A stretch of DNA of 4,861 nt. It comes from a virus (Duplodnaviria > Heunggongvirae > Uroviricota > Caudoviricetes). Every line of letters begins with the position of its first letter. Position 1 is the stretch's first letter. The DNA is taken from IMG/VR virus record IMGVR_UViG_2617270974_000006. One strand, 5' to 3'. Made by a program: the position numbers and the translations under genes. The notes beneath the pieces were generated by a model. That model searched no databases, had not been told where the DNA came from, and saw only the letters and a list, made by a program, of their open reading frames with translations. Shown here one piece after another: positions 1 to 4,861 of the stretch.

Positions 1-1
1 C

Positions 2-442
2 AGGTCTGCGGCAAGTAAGGCTCGCTGTGAGCATTGTGCTGGTACTGGATTTCATAATGTATTGCGCGAAGTGGTGAAACACTCCAGAAGCGGGGAGTCT
101 GTTATCAAGGAAGAGTGGGTGAAGGAACTATGTCAGCATTGTCATGGTAAGGGAGAAGTCAGCACAGCGTGCAGAGGGTGTAAGGGTAAAGGTATTGTCC
201 TGGATGAAAAAAGAACCCGGCTTCATGGCACGCCTGTTTATAAGATTTGTGGGCGTTGCAATGGAAACCGGTTTAGCCGTTTACCAACCACACTGGCGCG
301 GCTTCATGTCCAGAAGCTGGTACCAGACCTGACGGATTATCAGTGGTACAAAGGATATGCAGATGTCATTGATAAACTGGTTACAAAGTGCTGGCAGGAG
401 GAAGCTTACGCTGAAGCACAATTGAGAAGGGTGACGAGATAA
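2..442 (+). CDS. Putative late-gene antiterminator Q-like protein, 5'-partial, with DnaJ-type zinc-finger repeats
   Basis: Frame 2 is open from the first base of the window with no stop, so the TTG at 62 in the ORF track is not the real start. The translation (CEHCAGTG, CQHCHGKG, CRGCKGKG, CGRCNGN) carries four CxxCxGxG-type repeats. It lies immediately upstream of a short non-coding region ending in an intrinsic terminator and then a lysis cassette, which is where Q sits in lambdoid phages. The Q assignment is positional plus motif-based, not a verified homology. Confidence 0.45.
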   Translation, partial: RSAASKARCEHCAGTGFHNVLREVVKHSRSGESVIKEEWVKELCQHCHGKGEVSTACRGCKGKGIVLDEKRTRLHGTPVYKICGRCNGNRFSRLPTTLARLHVQKLVPDLTDYQWYKGYADVIDKLVTKCWQEEAYAEAQLRRVTR

Positions 443-550
443 GCGATTTTCGCCGAAGATAACGACATAATACTTGTGTTTCTCAAAAAATATGGATAAG
501 ATTTTCTCAACGATGGGGCTTGTGTATCTATCGTTGAACAATTTTTACGA

Positions 551-573
551 CCTCGCTATTGCGAGGTTTTTTT
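551..573 (+). terminator. Rho-independent terminator, tR'-like, downstream of Q
   Basis: Seen directly: stem CCTCGC (551-556), loop TATT, stem GCGAGG (561-566), then a 7-T run (567-573) and a second T run at 578-584. Lying about 110 bp after the Q stop, it matches the position of lambda tR'. Confidence 0.6.
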
Positions 574-610
574 ATGGTTTTTTTCTATTCAATCTACATC
601 AAAATCAATG

Positions 611-619
611 TGTTATAAT
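611..619 (+). promoter_or_regulatory. Extended -10 promoter element (TGnTATAAT) for the cargo cassette
   Basis: Seen directly: TGTTATAAT at 611-619, a perfect extended -10, about 38 bp upstream of the ATG at 657. No good -35 hexamer at 16-18 bp spacing, which extended -10 promoters tolerate. Downstream of the terminator at 551-573. Confidence 0.45.
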
Positions 620-656
620 GTTTTCTGTAAAACAACATTAAAGACAGGAGAACATT

Positions 657-926
657 ATGAAACTGACCTCTATCCATCTTGAAATACTACGTCGAGTGAA
701 TGAATTGCAGCCAAAGGATTCTAGAATTCAGGCTGCATCATTACCTCATCTCTCAGCAAAAGAGGTTAATTTTGCTATTTCAGATCTTGCTGATATAGGT
801 TTTATCGATGTTATACGAAGCAAATCTGCCGAAGGTGGATTGATTGCTAATGAGATAACGTCAAAAGGTTTTGCTTTTTTGAGTGAGATTGGCGCTGAAA
901 AAAATTCATCGATGAGCACTCATTGA
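657..926 (+). CDS. Hypothetical small protein (89 aa), predicted winged helix-turn-helix-like
   Basis: ATG at 657 with AGGAG at 646-650 (6-nt spacer), stop TGA at 924-926. AT-rich codon usage unlike the flanking phage genes. The pattern helix (IHLEILRRVNEL), helix (AKEVNFAISDLADIGFI), hairpin (DVIRSKS...LIANEITSKG), helix is compatible with a winged HTH. Fold assignment is inference from the primary sequence. Confidence 0.7.
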   Translation: MKLTSIHLEILRRVNELQPKDSRIQAASLPHLSAKEVNFAISDLADIGFIDVIRSKSAEGGLIANEITSKGFAFLSEIGAEKNSSMSTH

Positions 927-940
927 TTTCTGCTTCAATC

Positions 941-958
941 GGCTGCCAATTGGCAGCC
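941..958. repeat. Perfect 18-bp palindrome GGCTGCCAATTGGCAGCC (7-bp arms, AATT centre)
   Basis: Seen directly. It lies 15 bp after the stop of the 89-aa gene and is not followed by a T tract. A 15/18-identical copy (GGCTGCCAAATGGTGGCC) recurs at 1964-1981. Confidence 0.6.
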
Positions 959-1123
959 TAAACTGTAAAGTGAATTTAAAATCGCCTACAATTGATGCTT
1001 AAATTTTGTTCTGTATCATCTGCAGGTTTAGGGATATCACAGTAGCTTTCTGACAAGAAGAGTTCTTTTCTTCTACCAATGAAGTGGTTATGTTAACCTG
1101 CGCCAAATCGAGACTGGTGCGGA

Positions 1124-1930
1124 GTGGAATCGAAAGTGTCATATTTTTACAGAAGCAAGAATATTTCAGGTGTTTCTATAAATGAAGATAGCTTGATTAG
1201 CTTAAGCACGGCAATTGTCGAACGCTGCGTTAAAATGAATGAGCAAGCTCAAAAGGAAAGTAGGGAAGTTTGTGCTCAATGTGTTTTTTTTATTTTGTTC
1301 GATGGTAAGGGGTATAAAGTTGATTCTATCGGTGAGCTTGTGAAATACTTTAGACAGGCCACTAGGATTGATCAAATAATTTTTACTATTGAAACTTATC
1401 AAAGTCGACAGTCTAACAGGATGAATGGATCTTGGATGGAGCTACGAATTGATGAGAGGAATTCAAATAGCAGCACAATGATTGTAGCATCGGAAGATAA
1501 TGAGTGGGTTGACTCGTTATGGATTACGATTCAGGATTTACTTAACAAGTGCAAAAATAAATTTAGATTTTTTAGAACAGCTTGGACTATGTTAAGTATC
1601 CAGATTTCAGGTGTGACAGTTGGCTTTTTGCTTAGCTTATGGACAGCCTCAAAACTGGCGCCAAAACTATCAATCGATGGTGCATTTGCTTTATCATTTA
1701 TTTGTATCTTTATTTTGTTTTCGAACTTATGGAGCTTTGCTATTCCATTAATAATTAAGCTTATCGACTTTTTGTTTCCTAGTGTTAAGTTTGTTATTAA
1801 TGGTAAAAATTACTTTCACTGGAGTGTCCAGGCTATAATTGGAGCGATTGCCAGTGCGGTTATATTGTATTTTATTAGCTCCATGTTGCTTTTTGCATTA
1901 GAAATGTTAAATAGCATCATTAAGAAATAG
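1124..1930 (+). CDS. Hypothetical membrane protein (268 aa as drawn): soluble N-terminal domain plus three C-terminal TM helices
   Basis: ORF 1124-1930, stop TAG 1928-1930, strongly AT-rich. Hydrophobic segments WTMLSIQISGVTVGFLLSLWTA, GAFALSFICIFILFSNLWSFAIPLII and AIIGAIASAVILYFISSMLLFALEML suggest three TM helices in the last ~110 residues. No catalytic motif recognised in the N-terminal ~150 aa. The start is uncertain: GTG 1124, GTG 1136 (GGAG at 1121-1124) or ATG about 1234. Confidence 0.7.
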   Translation: MESKVSYFYRSKNISGVSINEDSLISLSTAIVERCVKMNEQAQKESREVCAQCVFFILFDGKGYKVDSIGELVKYFRQATRIDQIIFTIETYQSRQSNRMNGSWMELRIDERNSNSSTMIVASEDNEWVDSLWITIQDLLNKCKNKFRFFRTAWTMLSIQISGVTVGFLLSLWTASKLAPKLSIDGAFALSFICIFILFSNLWSFAIPLIIKLIDFLFPSVKFVINGKNYFHWSVQAIIGAIASAVILYFISSMLLFALEMLNSIIKK

Positions 1931-1963
1931 TTAATGAATTAGTTATAATTACATCAATTCTAT

Positions 1964-1987
1964 GGCTGCCAAATGGTGGCCTTTTTT
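1964..1987 (+). terminator. Candidate intrinsic terminator closing the cargo cassette
   Basis: Seen directly: GGCTGCC (1964-1970), loop AAAT, GGTGGCC (1975-1981) gives a 7-bp stem with two G-U wobble pairs, followed by TTTTTT (1982-1987). It lies 34 bp after the stop of the membrane-protein gene. Confidence 0.5.
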
Positions 1988-1990
1988 ATT

Positions 1991-2014
1991 CCTCTCATTT
2001 CTATTTCTGAGAGG
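1991..2014. other. Inverted repeat CCTCTCA-N10-TGAGAGG upstream of the first holin-like gene
   Basis: Seen directly: 7-bp perfect arms at 1991-1997 and 2008-2014 with a 10-nt loop, no T tract after it. It lies between the candidate terminator and the RBS of the first lysis gene. Confidence 0.35.
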
Positions 2015-2038
2015 ACTCACTGCAATAAGAGGTGGCTA

Positions 2039-2425
2039 ATGTCCGATCCGATTTCCGGCACAGGATTAGCTGGTGGAGCCCTAACGGGCGCTAGTATTTA
2101 TGGACTGCTGACCGGAACTGATTACGGCGTTGTTTTTGGCGCATTTGCAGGGGCTGTATTCTATATAGCAACAGCAGCAGATCTGAGTGCATCGCGCCGA
2201 CTGGCATATTTTATCGTGTCATATATTGCTGGGATCCTTTGCTCTGGATTGGTTGGCTCCAAGCTGGCAAACTTGACCGGATACAGTGATAAACCTCTGG
2301 ATGCTATTGGTGCCGTAATCGTCTCTGCTTTAGCCGTTAAAATCCTGACGTTCCTGAATAATCAGGATATCGGCTCGCTGGGGGCGCTCATAACGCGCCG
2401 GGGAGGGTCAGGTGGAGCTAAATGA
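2039..2425 (+). CDS. Putative holin (128 aa, glycine-rich, 3-4 TM segments)
   Basis: ATG at 2039 preceded by GAGGTGG (2029-2035), taken in preference to the upstream in-frame track start at 1973. Stop TGA at 2423-2425. Small, multi-TM, with a charged C-terminal tail, and first gene of the lysis cluster directly upstream of the endolysin. Holin assignment is positional and compositional. Confidence 0.6.
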   Translation: MSDPISGTGLAGGALTGASIYGLLTGTDYGVVFGAFAGAVFYIATAADLSASRRLAYFIVSYIAGILCSGLVGSKLANLTGYSDKPLDAIGAVIVSALAVKILTFLNNQDIGSLGALITRRGGSGGAK

Positions 2426-2693
2426 CCCGACAGCAACTATTAATGCGCTGTTATGTGCTTGTGTTGTTATTACTCTGATGTTTTATCGTCGTGGTGATTC
2501 GCGGCATCGTCCGTGGGTTTCACGTTTAGCCTGGCTGATTACTGTTACATACAGTGCTGTTCCGTTGGCCTATCTCTGTGGGATTTATCCCCATTCCTCA
2601 TGGCCCATTATCGTGGCGAACACTATTTTTCTTTCCGTGCTGGTGGCTGTCAGAGGCAACGTTGCACGTCTGGTTGATCATCTGAGGCACTAA
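2412..2693 (+). CDS. Second small membrane protein of the lysis cassette (93 aa), holin or antiholin-like
   Basis: GTG at 2412 preceded by GGGAGG (2401-2406, 5-nt spacer), overlapping the end of the previous gene by 14 nt. Two to three hydrophobic segments. Its stop TAA overlaps the endolysin ATG as TAATG at 2691-2695. Function inferred from position only. Confidence 0.5.
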   Translation: MELNDPTATINALLCACVVITLMFYRRGDSRHRPWVSRLAWLITVTYSAVPLAYLCGIYPHSSWPIIVANTIFLSVLVAVRGNVARLVDHLRH

Positions 2694-3303
2694 TGAACCA
2701 ACAATTATTTCAAAAGGCGGCTGGTATTAGCGCCGGGCTGGCTGCGCGCTGGTTTCCGCACATTGATGCGGCGATGAAGGAATTCGGCATTACAGTACCA
2801 GCGGATCAGGCAATGTTTATCGCTCAGGTAGGCCATGAGTCGATGGGGTTTAGCGCCGTAGTTGAAAATTTTAACTACACACCATCTGCGCTTGTGGCGA
2901 CGTTCGGAAAGAGGATCACACAGCAGCAGGCTGATGCCCTTGGCAGAACATCCGGACATGCAGCTCGTCAGGATGCTATTGCCAATCTGGTGTATAGCAA
3001 CCGACTGGGTAACAAAGCACCAGGTGATGGCTGGAAATATCGTGGTAGAGGATTAATTCAAATCACTGGCCTCCATAATTATCGCATCTGTGGCGCGGCG
3101 CTGAAGTTAGATCTGGTGACTTCACCTGAACAACTGGAACAGGAGCTACAGGCCGCGCGCTCAGCTGCATGGTTCTACACCTCTAAAGGTTGCATGGTCT
3201 ACGGTGCCGATATTAATCGTGTTACGCGCATCATTAACGGCGGTCTGAACGGTATTGAGGATCGTAAGGTTCGATACAACAAGGCGCGGGCGGCGCTGCT
3301 GGT

Positions 3304-3307
<4 letters not shown>
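2693..3307 (+). CDS. Endolysin, glycoside hydrolase family 19 (chitinase-like lysozyme)
   Basis: 204 aa. The N-terminal region resembles phage GH19 endolysins as recalled from Salmonella and E. coli phages, with two Glu nine residues apart (E49 in GHES and E58 in VVENF by my count) as candidate catalytic acid and base. GAGG RBS at 2684-2687. Sits between the holin-like genes and the Rz-like gene. Confidence 0.85.

Positions 3308-4861
<1,554 letters not shown>

Noticed and set aside
144-332. 62-aa ORF on + strand in an alternative frame
   Set aside because: Lies wholly inside the better-supported Q-like ORF, with no RBS and no recognisable features.
62-442. TTG at 62 as the start of the first ORF
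   Set aside because: The frame is open back to the first base of the window, so the gene is 5'-truncated by the window edge and the TTG is an artefact of ORF-calling.
281-541. 86-aa reverse-strand ORF
   Set aside because: Overlaps the 3' end of the Q-like gene and the intergenic region, has no plausible RBS, and runs against the uniformly +-strand late operon.
443-1123. tRNA genes or stx-like toxin genes, which often sit at the Q-to-S site
   Set aside because: No tRNA-like T-loop (GTTCGAATC-type) or CCA-ended cloverleaf, and no AB5-toxin-like ORF. The cargo is the two-gene cassette instead. Not checked with a tRNA-finding tool.
1202-1402. 66-aa reverse-strand ORF
   Set aside because: Lies inside the 268-aa gene on the opposite strand; low-complexity AT-rich translation, likely a chance ORF.
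1941-1950. TTATAAT at 1944-1949 as a promoter -10 for the holin gene
   Set aside because: No acceptable -35 at the right spacing, and the region is AT-rich enough that TATAAT-like hexamers occur by chance; it also lies upstream of a terminator-like hairpin.
2422-2478. Short ATG-initiated ORF (MTRQQLLMRCYVLVLLLL) at the holin gene junction
   Set aside because: Only 18 codons and out of frame; the GTG at 2412 with a GGGAGG RBS gives a far more plausible gene.
2705-2959. 84-aa reverse-strand ORF
   Set aside because: Antisense to the well-supported GH19 endolysin gene.
2862-3056. 64-aa + strand ORF in an alternative frame
   Set aside because: Embedded out of frame within the endolysin gene; no nested-gene precedent here, unlike Rz1.

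Overview
This window reads as the late-region junction of a lambdoid prophage from an enterobacterium, all on the + strand. In order: (1) the 3' part of a Q-like late antiterminator with four DnaJ-type CxxCxGxG zinc-finger repeats (2-442), followed by a tR'-like intrinsic terminator (551-573); (2) a visibly AT-rich two-gene cargo cassette with its own extended -10 promoter and terminator, encoding an 89-aa winged-helix-like protein (657-926) and a 268-aa protein with a soluble N-terminal domain and three C-terminal transmembrane helices (1124-1930); (3) a lysis cassette of two small holin-like membrane proteins (2039-2425, 2412-2693), a glycoside hydrolase family 19 endolysin (2693-3307) and nested Rz/Rz1-type spanin genes (from 3304); (4) an IS3-family, IS911-like insertion sequence starting near 3618 and running off the window, which has truncated both spanin genes. 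The cargo cassette sits where Stx phages carry stx and is the best candidate here for an undescribed prophage-encoded defence, abortive-infection or exclusion module. All calls come from reading the sequence and the supplied ORF track; no database search or computation was run, and family assignments rest on recalled motifs.
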